NCBI GenBank assembly: GCA_033762835.1
Contig: JANRLG010000160.1
Location: 224-64,223 of the forward strand
Reading direction: 5' to 3'
DNA: 64,000 bases
DNA from: Thermoanaerobaculia bacterium
GTDB lineage: Bacteria > Acidobacteriota > Thermoanaerobaculia > Multivoradales > DATKCC01
A model generated the notes under the pieces. That model had not been told where the DNA came from, made no database searches, and was given only the letters and a program-made list of their open reading frames with translations. A program made the translations under genes and the position numbers. Shown here piece after piece: positions 55,016-64,000 of the stretch (within the stretch, counting starts at the first letter, position 1; the number at the start of each line of letters is the position of its first letter).

Positions 55016-58000
55016 TCACGGCAAAAAACCCTCGCGATCGAACAGCCCCGTCAGATCGTCCCGTCCGGGCGCGGCCCCTTCGAGCGGGTAGTGACGGCGG
55101 GCGCGGGTGCGGGTTTGTTCGATCCAGACATCGACCGCGGAAGTGGTGAAGCGGGCGAGGGTGGGCCAGAGGAAGCCGTTGGGGCGTGGGCCGACGACAC
55201 GGACGAGGACCTCGGGTCGGCCGACGAGGGCGCCCCCGACGCAGAGGGTCTCTTCGAGGCAGCGGCTTTCGGCCCGGCCGCCGATCGAGCCGCCGGGGAC
55301 GGCGAGTTGGACCGCGACGCGGAAGCCGGGCAGCTCGGGGGAGGTGAGCCACCGGGCGTTTGGCGGCGGTGGGAGGTCGTCGCCGACGGAAGCGGCAGTG
55401 CCTTCGAAGCCGAGGCGGCTCGGGCGGAAGCCGGTGCGGTCGAAGAGCGCGGGGAGTTCATCCCGATTCGTCCGGGCACCCGCCAGGTCGTAGTGGCGGA
55501 CCTCGCCCGTGGCCTCCTGCTCGACCCAGATGGCTACCTGGGCGGTCGTCAGTTTGATCAGCGTCGGCCAGAGAAAGCCGTTCGGCTTGGGGCCGACGAC
55601 ACGCAGCAGGACTTCCACGCGCCCGGCGACGGCGCCCGACACGCACAAGGTCTCTGCGAGACACAGCGGCTCCGCCTGGCCTGGGAAACCCGCATCGTGG
55701 GCGCCCAGGTGGACCTTGAATCGGAAGCCGGGGACCTCGGCCGTGGTCAACCAGTCGCCCGGGGGCACGGGCTCGGGGCCAGGTTCGAAGGGCTCGCCCA
55801 TCACGCCGGCCGGCAGCGCCCAGAGCTCTTCGCCGATCACGCCGTCGTCGGCCACGAAGCCGATTTCGTTTCCGAAGCGGGTGAACTGGTGCGGGTGGGA
55901 CGAAACGACGCCCGGGGCCAAGTCCGTCAGCCGGGAAGTTCCGGCGGCCGTGCCGTCCGTCACCCACGCCTCCCAGCCGTGCCGCCCGTCGTTGGCGCGG
56001 AAGTAGAGGCGATCCCCGATCACGGCGAAGTGATCAGGCTGCGAGCCCGCCACTCCGGGCCACAGATCGGCCACTCGGCGCGTGTTCTGGGGCTCGCCGT
56101 CGGTGACCCAGAGCTCTTGCCCCGCCGCCGCGTCTTGGGCCGAAAACACGAGCCGGTCACCGAGGGCCACCAGGGGCCCGAAGCCGACGCCGACGAAACC
56201 CGCCACCTGCCACGTACCCTCGGTTGTACCGTCGGTGCGCCAGAGTTGGCCCTCGCTGGTCAGGAAGATCGGTCCGGAAGTGGTGGGGACCACGTGGTGG
56301 ATGTCATAGGGCCAGGGTCCCCGGAAGTAGTAAGAGCCGCCGGGAAAGCCGTTCGAGAAGAAGAGCTCTCGGCGCCCGCGGCGCGCCACCAGACCACCGC
56401 TCCAGCGCTGCAACGAGCTGAAGCTCCCGCGATCCACCACGACGGTGCCGGGGGCGGTGGCATCGGTTCGCCAGAGAAACGTCTCGAAGTCGTCTCCGAA
56501 CCCGCCGAAGTGGAGAAAGTAGGTGGCGCCGTTCCAGGAGACCCAGCCCGGAGCTTCGAAAGAGCTCTGCTCGTCGGCCAACACCGCGAGCGGCTCGAGG
56601 TTGAACCCGGCCTGCAGCCGACTGCGGTACAGCGTATGACGTTGCACGACCAAGAAGTCCGGGCCGAGCGCCCAAGGCTGGTACCCGAAGCTGCTCCGCG
56701 GCACGGGCCCCAACCCCGTCACGGGGACGGTGCCCGCGGCTGTGCCATCGGTCACGAAGAGGTCGTCGATGCCATCGTAATCGTCCGGCTGAAGGACCGC
56801 CCGGCCTTCTGCAAGGGCGGTGAGGGGCCGCTCGACGTGGGAGGGCTGGACTTTCGCTTCCGACAGCCGGACCGACCCCGAGGCGCTGCCGAGGCTCGTG
56901 TAGGCGTAGAAATCGGCCTCGGGCCGGGCAATGAAAGCGAGGCGGTCGCCGAGAGGAGTCAAATTCGAAAGGTGCGAGCTGCCGAGGGCGTCGATCGAGG
57001 AAAAATCGAAGACGACACGAGTGCCGGCCGCCGTACCATCCGTTTGGTACCACAGGTATCGAAACCGCGGCTCCTGGCGAGAGACGACCACCAGTTGCGA
57101 GTCGCTCGGCGAGTCGGCGAGCAGGCCGGGTTCGGGCAATGTAACGAACGGTCGGGTCCCAGGCGCCGTCCCGTCGCTGCTCCAGAGTTGGATCTCCCCC
57201 TCGGCGCTCAATGGCGTCTCGAAAAAGACATAACTCCCGGTGCGGCCGGTGCTGCGGGGCAGGAAGAACCCCGCCTCGCACGGCGAGGTGCGGCAGGCCG
57301 AGGCGAGCTTCTTGGGCTCGGGCACGCCGTCGAGCAGCCAGACCCCCGGCTCCTCCCGGGTCTGCGAGGCGAGCGTCAAGATGCCGAACGGTGTTTGGCG
57401 GAAGATGTCGCCCTGGCGGTGGCCAAGTCGCAGGTTGATCCGGAGCGTGCCCTGGGGGGTGCCGTCACTCGTGAACAGCTGGCGGCTGTTGAAGCTGTCG
57501 GTCCAGTAGAGACGGCCGCGGAAGGCCGCGGCGAGGCTCCGGCCATTCGAATACTCGAACCCGCCCACCGGGAGCGAGGTCGTGCCGCGCACCGTGCCGT
57601 CCGTCGTGATCAACTCGTGCCCGGCGGATCGGCTGCCGAAGAAGAAGGCCCGGCTCCCGGCCGCGAAGAGATTCGAATGGAGCACGAGATCGCCGGTCGA
57701 CAGGGCGAACGTGCCGCCCGGGGTGCCGTCCGTGCGCCACAATGCCCGGCCCGCAGGTGTCCGGGCGAAGAACAAGACGGTACGGTCGTCCAGGGCGACG
57801 AAGCCGGCCGGGGTCGAGCCGTCGGTACCGGGCTGGAGGTCACCGAGCGACCGGGTGCCGGCGGCGGTGCCGTCGGAGATCCAAGGCTCATTGCCGCGCG
57901 ACCGGTCGGACGCGGCGAACACCACCCGCGAACCGAGCGCCCCGAAAAGCTCCAGATCTTCGCGAGGGAATTCGGGCAGCAGGTTGGCCACCGGTTCGGT

Positions 58001-58492
58001 TCCGGCGCGGTTACCGTCGGTCCGCCAGAGCTTGCCCTCGCTCAGAAGCAGCGCGGAGCCATCGCCGAGGTTGCCCCGGAAGGCGAAGTCGGAGCCTTGC
58101 AGCAAGGCCGTGGTGCCCTCGGGGGTGCCGTCGGTGGACCACAGCGTTGTCCGGCCGCAGTTCGCAAGCAGTAGGGCACCCGAACCAACACGCCCAACGA
58201 AGCCGATTTGACCGTCAAAGGAGGGCTGGCCCAAGGCAACGCAGGGCGCGAAGACCCGCGCGGTGAGACCGGTCGAGCGCTCGAGAAACCAGATCTCCGC
58301 CCCGTCACGGTGCGAGGAGACCACGAGCAGTGCGCCCCGCTCGAGCTCGAAGACCTCTTCCGGTTCGGCACCACGAAACAAGGACAGATCAGGCTCCGTT
58401 CGGAGGTCGGCGACCTGCCGGACGGGAGGAAGTTCGGCCGCCAGCGGAGGGGTGACGGCGAGCAGTACGAAAAGAGCCAGACGAAATTGCAT
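55016..58492 (-). CDS. giant secreted ELWxxDGT-repeat protein with two tandem C-terminal Cys-containing domains
   Basis: The start is MQFRLALFVLLAVTPPLAA. There are more than 15 repeats of the (E/Q)LWxTDGTxxGT type. It ends with two copies of ...PGFR(F/V)..CLxETLCVxGAxxGRxEVLxRVVGPxPNGFLWPTL...GLFDRxGF(R/L)P. Confidence 0.75.
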   Translation of the reverse strand: MQFRLALFVLLAVTPPLAAELPPVRQVADLRTEPDLSLFRGAEPEEVFELERGALLVVSSHRDGAEIWFLERSTGLTARVFAPCVALGQPSFDGQIGFVGRVGSGALLLANCGRTTLWSTDGTPEGTTALLQGSDFAFRGNLGDGSALLLSEGKLWRTDGNRAGTEPVANLLPEFPREDLELFGALGSRVVFAASDRSRGNEPWISDGTAAGTRSLGDLQPGTDGSTPAGFVALDDRTVLFFARTPAGRALWRTDGTPGGTFALSTGDLVLHSNLFAAGSRAFFFGSRSAGHELITTDGTVRGTTSLPVGGFEYSNGRSLAAAFRGRLYWTDSFNSRQLFTSDGTPQGTLRINLRLGHRQGDIFRQTPFGILTLASQTREEPGVWLLDGVPEPKKLASACRTSPCEAGFFLPRSTGRTGSYVFFETPLSAEGEIQLWSSDGTAPGTRPFVTLPEPGLLADSPSDSQLVVVSRQEPRFRYLWYQTDGTAAGTRVVFDFSSIDALGSSHLSNLTPLGDRLAFIARPEADFYAYTSLGSASGSVRLSEAKVQPSHVERPLTALAEGRAVLQPDDYDGIDDLFVTDGTAAGTVPVTGLGPVPRSSFGYQPWALGPDFLVVQRHTLYRSRLQAGFNLEPLAVLADEQSSFEAPGWVSWNGATYFLHFGGFGDDFETFLWRTDATAPGTVVVDRGSFSSLQRWSGGLVARRGRRELFFSNGFPGGSYYFRGPWPYDIHHVVPTTSGPIFLTSEGQLWRTDGTTEGTWQVAGFVGVGFGPLVALGDRLVFSAQDAAAGQELWVTDGEPQNTRRVADLWPGVAGSQPDHFAVIGDRLYFRANDGRHGWEAWVTDGTAAGTSRLTDLAPGVVSSHPHQFTRFGNEIGFVADDGVIGEELWALPAGVMGEPFEPGPEPVPPGDWLTTAEVPGFRFKVHLGAHDAGFPGQAEPLCLAETLCVSGAVAGRVEVLLRVVGPKPNGFLWPTLIKLTTAQVAIWVEQEATGEVRHYDLAGARTNRDELPALFDRTGFRPSRLGFEGTAASVGDDLPPPPNARWLTSPELPGFRVAVQLAVPGGSIGGRAESRCLEETLCVGGALVGRPEVLVRVVGPRPNGFLWPTLARFTTSAVDVWIEQTRTRARRHYPLEGAAPGRDDLTGLFDREGFLP

Positions 58493-58595
58493 TCCGTGAT
58501 CTCCAGGAGCCCGAGGCGACGCCTTCACCAGGAGGACCACCCGTGGCGTCATTTTACGGGTTAGATTGCGTTCGCACGCGTGAAGGAGCTGGCCG

Positions 58596-61500
58596 ATGGG
58601 CGCTTGGAAGTCGATCACTGTCGGAGTTTTCGTCGTGGGTACACTCGGGCTGCCCCTCGCGACACCGGCCCTCGAGCCCGAACAGATCGTGAACCTCGCT
58701 ACGGCGAACGGCTCACCGTACCGGCTCGCACGGGTGCGCGATGCGGTCCCCTTCGGAGACCACCTGCTCTTTTTCGGCCGCGACGACGAACACGGTGAGG
58801 AGATCTGGCGCACCGACGGTACGGCGGCGGGGACGGAGCTCGTGCTCGACTCCTGCCCGGGTCCGGTGAGTTCCTTCGACGACTCCTCCCGACTGGAGGG
58901 GCCGGCGAGCTCGCCGGTGCGTTTCTTCCAGGTGCGGCGCTGTGGCGCCCCGGGGTTGTTTCTTTGGGCGACGGACGGCACCGCGGAAGGCACCCGTCCG
59001 CTGCTCGAAACCGAGCGCCGGGCGCCGGACTCGCCCTATTCGATCGTGGGCGACATCGGCGACACCGGGCGTCTCCTGATCGCCAAGGGACCGAGTGCCG
59101 GGTTCAACGTCTTCGACGAGATCTACTTTTTGGATGGCGTGACGGGGGCCTTCACCCGTTGGCTCGCGGCTCCGCCGACGATCCGGGTCGCGCGGTCCGC
59201 GGACGGTGTGGGGACGCCGTGGCGGGATCGGGTCTTCTTTCTCGCCAGCGAGGCAAGCAGCGGCTTCGAGCTCTGGGTGAGTGACGGCACGGGTGCCGGG
59301 ACGTTCCCGCTCGACGTCACCCCGGGGGCGGCGGGAACCGACTTTCGTGGCCCGTGGGTGTCGGACGCCGCCGCGTGGTTCCTGGTGCTCGCTCCCGAGG
59401 CGCAACGCGGCCTGTGGATCACCGACGGCACCGTCGCCGGCACACGCCGCGTCGCGGAGTTGGAAGTCACTGCGACCAAGCCGAAAGTCGTCGTGGGTCC
59501 TGGCCGGATCTACTTCGAACCCAAGCCGCGGGAGCTGTGGACGAGCGACGGCACCGCCGCGGGGACTCGTTTGCTCTCGCGCTTCGACCCGAACGGCTTC
59601 GAGCTCGCTGCCGAGCTAGTGGGGGACGACCGTTTGTTGTTCTCCGAGTTCAATGAAGAGGAGGGCGGTGTGTTGTGGTCGAGTGACGGCACCCCGACCG
59701 GCACCACCCGCTTGCTCGATCCGTGCCCCGGCCCAAGCGATTGCTTCGGCTACCTCTCGACTTTCGTCTTCGGGGATGCGGTCGCCTACTTTCTGGCCCG
59801 TGACGACGCGCACGGCGCGGAGCTTTGGCGAAGCGACGGCACGCCGGGCGGAACCCGGGCGATCGACCTCTGCTCCGGCCCGTGCAACTCGGACGTCTTC
59901 CCCTTGGCCGCGAGCGGTGACCGCCTCTGGTTCTTCCGGCGCGACGCGGCGAACCGCGCGGGCTTGTGGCGGACGGATGGCACCCTCGAGACGACCGTCG
60001 CCGTGGTCGGGCTACCGACGGAGCGCGGTTTCGAGCTGGCGGGCTTCCTGTCGAATCGTGTCGTGGTCTTCGCCGCGGACGAATTCGACCGTGAAGAGGC
60101 TTGGGTCGTTCCCATCGAGGGGACACCAATCGCGACCCGGTTGCGCGACTTCGATCCCCAGGATCGCGAATCGGGCTCGGACCCGCGGGACTTCTGGCGC
60201 CAAGACGGCCGTCTGCTCTTCCTGGGCCACGACGACGTCGGAGACCAGATCTGGTCGACGCGAGGCACCTCGCCATCGACCTTCTCCTTGTGGTCCCTGC
60301 CGGGCGCCGGGCCGTTGCCGTCGGCTCTCGGGCGCCTCGCCGTCATCGGGCCCTGGGCGCTCGCGACCCAGACCTCGGGTGAGGATCGGCTCGGACGTCA
60401 GATCTTGCGGGTTTCGACCGTCGACGGCAGCTCGGTGTCCCTGCCGGGAGTCGTGTTCCCGGACGAAGTGCTCGAAGCCCAGGGGTTCACGGTGGTGGGC
60501 GGGCGAGCCGTCTACTTCCAGCGTTCCTCGGGCCTCGCGGCGGCGGACCCGGTGTTGGGCCGGGCGGTCGAGCTGAATCCGCTGCCCACGCCTCCCGACG
60601 GCAGACGCCCAGTGATTCACCGCGGTGCGGAGTTCTTTGCGAGCTCCGGTGCGCTCTGGGTGTCCGACGGCACGGCCCAGGGCACGACGCGGCCCTTTGG
60701 GAACGACTTCATCTCCCTGGTCACGGCCACCCGAGACAAACTCTTTCTCGTCGGTGGACCGAACGATCACCTCTTCGTCACCGAACGGCTGCCCAGCGGT
60801 TCCTTGGCTCCCCGAGTCGACCTCGGTCCGTTGGGCTTCGGTCAGCTGGCGACGACCGATCGTCGGCTCTTCGCCTTCCCGCAGACTCCCCTGTCTTCCC
60901 GCCAGCGCAGCCTCGTCGTCAGTGACGGTACTCCGGCCGGGACGCGGCGCCTGATCAACGCGCTGTGGCCCGAGGTGGGGGAGGCCGTGGGCCTCGGCGA
61001 AGTGCTCTATTTCGCGGCCGAAGAACCGCAGGCGGGCATGGAGCTGTGGCGCTCGGACGGCACCGTGGAAGGAACCACCCGCGTGGCCGATCTCTACCCC
61101 GGCCCCGCGGGCTCCCATCCGGCGAATCTGCGGGTGCTCGATGGCCGGCTGTTCTTCACCGCGTCCGACGGCCGCCACGGCAACGAGCTCTGGACCTCGG
61201 ACGGCAGTGCCGAGGGCACGGTGCGCCTGAGCGACATCGCCCCGGGAACCTTGTCGTCGAACCCCCGCAACTTGGCGCTGGTCGAGGGGGACTTGGTGTT
61301 TTCGGCCCACGACGGCACGACCGGGCGCGAGCCCTGGCGCTTTCCCCTGAACGAGCTCGCCGGCCGGCCGCCGGTGCCGCCGGATTTGCCTTGGCTGCGG
61401 TCCTCGGCGCTGGCGGGTTTCCAATTCAAGGTGCGCTTCGGAGGGGAGGGTGGTCTCGGCGGCGCCGTCGAAACCGCGTGCATCGCCGAAACCGTCTGTA

Positions 61501-62120
61501 TTTCCGGTGCCTTGCCCGGTCGCCCCGAGGTGTTCCTCCGGATCGTGGGTCCGCGCGCCAACGGTTACCTGTGGCCGACGGTGGTCAAGTTCTCGACCGC
61601 CGAGGTGGAAGTGTGGCTCGAGGACGAGGCCAGCGGGGCCTTGCAGTTCTACCGGCTGGTCGGAGCGCGCCCCGGGTTCGACGGTTTGCCCGGTCTGTTC
61701 GACCGGCGCGGTTTCCTGCCGCGCCCAGGCATCGAGTCCGCCGTCGCCGCTTTCACCGCCGGGGACGAAGAACCGCCCCCGCCCGGTACCTGGTTCACCT
61801 CGCCGGCGCTGCCGGGCTTCCGCGTCGCCGTGACCATCGCGGGAGGCTCGGCGCCGGTCCGCGCGGAACGGGAGTGCATCGCGGAGACCCTCTGCGTCTC
61901 CGGCGCCGTCCCCGGCCGCGCCGAGGTCTTCGTGCGCATCGTCGGCCCCAAGCCCAACGGCTTCCTGTGGCCGACGCTGGTCAAATTCACCACTTCCGAA
62001 CTCGAAGTGTGGATCGAACAGCTCGCGACCGGGCAGCGGCAGTACTACCACCTACCCGGGGCCTCGCCCGACAGCGACGATCTGACAGGTGTCTTCGATC
62101 GGACGGGATTCCGGCCGTGA
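58596..62120 (+). CDS. giant secreted ELWxxDGT-repeat protein (divergent paralog) with the same tandem C-terminal domains
   Basis: A signal peptide, MGAWKSITVGVFVVGTLGLPLATPA. It has the same repeat type, ELWRSDGT and ELWTSDGT. Its C-terminal duplicated domain is homologous to that of the minus-strand paralog. Confidence 0.75.
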   Translation: MGAWKSITVGVFVVGTLGLPLATPALEPEQIVNLATANGSPYRLARVRDAVPFGDHLLFFGRDDEHGEEIWRTDGTAAGTELVLDSCPGPVSSFDDSSRLEGPASSPVRFFQVRRCGAPGLFLWATDGTAEGTRPLLETERRAPDSPYSIVGDIGDTGRLLIAKGPSAGFNVFDEIYFLDGVTGAFTRWLAAPPTIRVARSADGVGTPWRDRVFFLASEASSGFELWVSDGTGAGTFPLDVTPGAAGTDFRGPWVSDAAAWFLVLAPEAQRGLWITDGTVAGTRRVAELEVTATKPKVVVGPGRIYFEPKPRELWTSDGTAAGTRLLSRFDPNGFELAAELVGDDRLLFSEFNEEEGGVLWSSDGTPTGTTRLLDPCPGPSDCFGYLSTFVFGDAVAYFLARDDAHGAELWRSDGTPGGTRAIDLCSGPCNSDVFPLAASGDRLWFFRRDAANRAGLWRTDGTLETTVAVVGLPTERGFELAGFLSNRVVVFAADEFDREEAWVVPIEGTPIATRLRDFDPQDRESGSDPRDFWRQDGRLLFLGHDDVGDQIWSTRGTSPSTFSLWSLPGAGPLPSALGRLAVIGPWALATQTSGEDRLGRQILRVSTVDGSSVSLPGVVFPDEVLEAQGFTVVGGRAVYFQRSSGLAAADPVLGRAVELNPLPTPPDGRRPVIHRGAEFFASSGALWVSDGTAQGTTRPFGNDFISLVTATRDKLFLVGGPNDHLFVTERLPSGSLAPRVDLGPLGFGQLATTDRRLFAFPQTPLSSRQRSLVVSDGTPAGTRRLINALWPEVGEAVGLGEVLYFAAEEPQAGMELWRSDGTVEGTTRVADLYPGPAGSHPANLRVLDGRLFFTASDGRHGNELWTSDGSAEGTVRLSDIAPGTLSSNPRNLALVEGDLVFSAHDGTTGREPWRFPLNELAGRPPVPPDLPWLRSSALAGFQFKVRFGGEGGLGGAVETACIAETVCISGALPGRPEVFLRIVGPRANGYLWPTVVKFSTAEVEVWLEDEASGALQFYRLVGARPGFDGLPGLFDRRGFLPRPGIESAVAAFTAGDEEPPPPGTWFTSPALPGFRVAVTIAGGSAPVRAERECIAETLCVSGAVPGRAEVFVRIVGPKPNGFLWPTLVKFTTSELEVWIEQLATGQRQYYHLPGASPDSDDLTGVFDRTGFRP

Positions 62121-62367
62121 GTCGGGGTGCCCGCCGTTCCATCGGGTCGGAGCCGAGCGGCCGCCGATAACCGTTTGGTAGCAGGAGCGCCTTCTCTGAC
62201 GACTCCTCGAGTCGCTTGTCGGGCCTGTAGTTACACGCGATCCGGCCAGCGCGAGCGAGACCCACCCCGTGCACTTCTCCTTTAGTTTTGATGACTAGCG
62301 CTGACGTCTAGATCGTATATTCTATATCTCTGTGAATTTTTCGTAGCCACTGACCAAGGAGATGGAA

Positions 62368-63093
62368 ATGTTCGTGAGATCGATCCTCTTGACGCTGAGC
62401 CTTTCTACGCTCCCGTTGACAGCCCAAACACCCGACCCGGTCAGCAGCACGGGTTTCGAGACGTTGCCGGTGAATTTCTCCCTGGTCGCGAGTGGCATCA
62501 CTCTCGACGGGCCAACCACCGTCACAGATTCACTCGTTACCGAGGGCACCGTCGCGACCCTGGGAGCGGGGTATGTCTTTGCTGACGGCAGTCTCCAACG
62601 GTCGGCGAACAACAATACCGGCGCGTCGGCGAACGCCGGGCTCTACGAAAACCGCATCGTCTCGATGACTCCCGCCATGCCATTTACGGAAGTCTGCTTC
62701 AAGGCTGGGGCAGTCCAGAGTGACGTTCACTCCATTTCCGAGAGCACCCAGGGCGGAGCCTGTGTTCCCGGAGACCTCGGCTGGATCATCGAGCGCGACC
62801 AACGAGAGGCCGAGACGTGGGCGAATGCACGGGTTGCGTGCCTGCTCGTCGGCATGCGCCTACCGGAGCCGTTCGAGTGGCTCTACTCCTGTACCAATGG
62901 CCCCTCGTTCGGCATGATCGACATGACCAACGATTGGGAGTGGGGTTCGAATACGACGACTCCGGGGCGACCTGGAACCAATGCCGGCGCCATGGTGACC
63001 ATTCTGGGCCAAGGCGGCTGCGGGCAGGCCGATTTCAACTGGGCCGCTGGCACGGTCGGAAGCGCGCTGTTTACCTACCGCTGCGTGCGCTAA
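62368..63093 (+). CDS. secreted DUF1566-like (Lcl C-terminal domain-like) protein
   Basis: An AAGGAG motif lies 6 nt upstream of the ATG at 62368. An alternative start is at 62362. There is a signal peptide. The C-terminus GMRLPEPFEWLYSC matches the RLPT-type motif of DUF1566. It lies in a lower-GC segment after an AT-rich leader. Confidence 0.55.
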   Translation: MFVRSILLTLSLSTLPLTAQTPDPVSSTGFETLPVNFSLVASGITLDGPTTVTDSLVTEGTVATLGAGYVFADGSLQRSANNNTGASANAGLYENRIVSMTPAMPFTEVCFKAGAVQSDVHSISESTQGGACVPGDLGWIIERDQREAETWANARVACLLVGMRLPEPFEWLYSCTNGPSFGMIDMTNDWEWGSNTTTPGRPGTNAGAMVTILGQGGCGQADFNWAAGTVGSALFTYRCVR

Positions 63094-63200
63094 GCCGGAA
63101 CACGCGGGCTCGCCCCGGGCTCTCGCACCTTGCCTTTCCCTCCGCCAGCCGCCAGAATCGCCGCGATTTCCCGATCGAACGAAGGCGAGGGGTAGCCGGT

Positions 63201-64000
63201 TTGGCGAGTCCGGATCTCGAGAACGTGGACAGCGAGGCCCACCGCCGGCCGATCGATCCGGCGCATTCGGCCGGCTTATTCGTGGGCGTGTCGGAGTTCG
63301 AGGACTCGCGGATTCGCGAGGTGCCCTACGCCGTTGACGATGCCGTGGATCTGGCTCACCTGTTCGTGCTCGAGCTCGGGCTGATTACGCCGGAGTCTTC
63401 CGTGCTGGCGCTTTCGGGCGAGCCGAAGAAGCCAGAGACAGCGGGGCGCTTGGCAGCGCTCCTCGCGCGCGGGGTCAAGCGCAGCAAGGCGCGCCAGAGT
63501 GATGTCTACCGCTATCTCGGCGAGCTCGGCCGGTCCACCGGGGAGCGCGGCCTGTTCGTCGTGACCGTGGCCAGCCACGGATTCACGGATCAGGGGGGCG
63601 ACTTCATCGTGGCGTCCGAGTCCGTCGCGGAGCACCGGCTGCGCTCGGGGGTCTCGGTGGACGAGGTGTTCGACGACGTGGCGAAGGCGCAGGCTCCGCG
63701 CCGCCTCGTGCTTCTCGATACCTGCCGCGATCGGTTCAGCCAGGCCACCCGCGGCGCGGGCGACGGGCCGATGTCCGCCAGCTTCGCCGCCGCCATCGCC
63801 CGGGCCACGGGCCAGGTCGTGTTATCCGGCGCGACCCACGGCAGCTACTCCTACGACGATCTCGAGCGCGGCAACGGCGTCTTCTCGGGCGCCGTCATCG
63901 ACGGCTTGCGCGGCGAAGCCGCGGCCGGGCCGGACGGGTGGATCACCGTGCACACGCTCGCGGTCTTCCTTCAGGAGCGCGTGAGTGCGTGGGTGAAGCA
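63201..64000 (+). CDS. caspase-like peptidase (C14 family) domain protein, 3' end outside the window
   Basis: An open frame contains VVTVASHGF and LVLLDTCRD, the His/Cys catalytic dyad motifs of caspase-fold peptidases. The start is uncertain. The candidate is TTG 63201, which has GAGGGG upstream. Confidence 0.55.
   Translation, partial: MASPDLENVDSEAHRRPIDPAHSAGLFVGVSEFEDSRIREVPYAVDDAVDLAHLFVLELGLITPESSVLALSGEPKKPETAGRLAALLARGVKRSKARQSDVYRYLGELGRSTGERGLFVVTVASHGFTDQGGDFIVASESVAEHRLRSGVSVDEVFDDVAKAQAPRRLVLLDTCRDRFSQATRGAGDGPMSASFAAAIARATGQVVLSGATHGSYSYDDLERGNGVFSGAVIDGLRGEAAAGPDGWITVHTLAVFLQERVSAWVK

Overview
This is a high-GC (~70%) bacterial chromosomal window, probably Myxococcota-like given the ELWxxDGT-repeat proteins; the tax assignment is inference only. 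Gene calls were made by reading the supplied six-frame ORFs against the DNA. Many long ORFs are antisense or frame artefacts of high-GC sequence. In particular, the 1451-aa ORF is only partly real and the poly-Asp/Glu region throws spurious ORFs in every frame. Starts were chosen by frame bookkeeping, Shine-Dalgarno motifs, and a recurrent ATGA/GTGA stop-start overlap pattern.

Content in order:
- Housekeeping at the left end: a truncated M28 peptidase, tRNA-Pro(CGG), a DUF1015 protein, a PIN-like protein plus small ORF, mtgA and a type-II NADH dehydrogenase.
- Two paralogous secreted proteins that share a novel Cys-rich C-terminal domain, followed by a hairpin-rich duplicated intergenic element.
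- A tandem pair of STAND (NACHT/NB-ARC-like P-loop) + TPR proteins on the minus strand. The upstream one carries a C-terminal TIR domain, and a ~45-aa helical motif is repeated at the junction between the two genes. This is a candidate NLR-like anti-phage/conflict system.
- lysA translationally coupled to a lipoprotein serine hydrolase and an HGSNAT/DUF1624-family membrane acyltransferase.
- A vapBC pair, an isolated nuoB-nuoCD-nuoI module (the Q module of complex I, with no other nuo genes), and a second vapBC pair.
- A small accessory islet of NYN/PIN-like, nucleotidyltransferase-fold, NYN+OST-HTH and small paralogous ORFs, with a ~235-bp direct repeat.
- A secreted protein with a ~300-aa poly-acidic tail.
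- A ~21-kb, 20-gene, translationally coupled minus-strand lipid/glycolipid biosynthesis and export cluster. It encodes two FtsX permeases, a LolA-like protein, an outer-membrane-barrel-like protein, a LolD-like ATPase, ACP, KAS, a GT2-PIG-L deacetylase fusion, two BtrH-like acyltransferases, a hotdog thioesterase, an ABC-2 exporter, FabZ, a KAS-like protein, FabG, two CrtI-like FAD oxidoreductases and a small GT-A protein.
- Large secreted hypothetical proteins; two divergently transcribed giant ELWxxDGT-repeat paralogs, each ending in a tandem pair of a Cys-containing domain; a DUF1566-like secreted protein; and a partial caspase-like (C14) gene at the right edge.

No rRNA, CRISPR array or recognisable transposase was seen.
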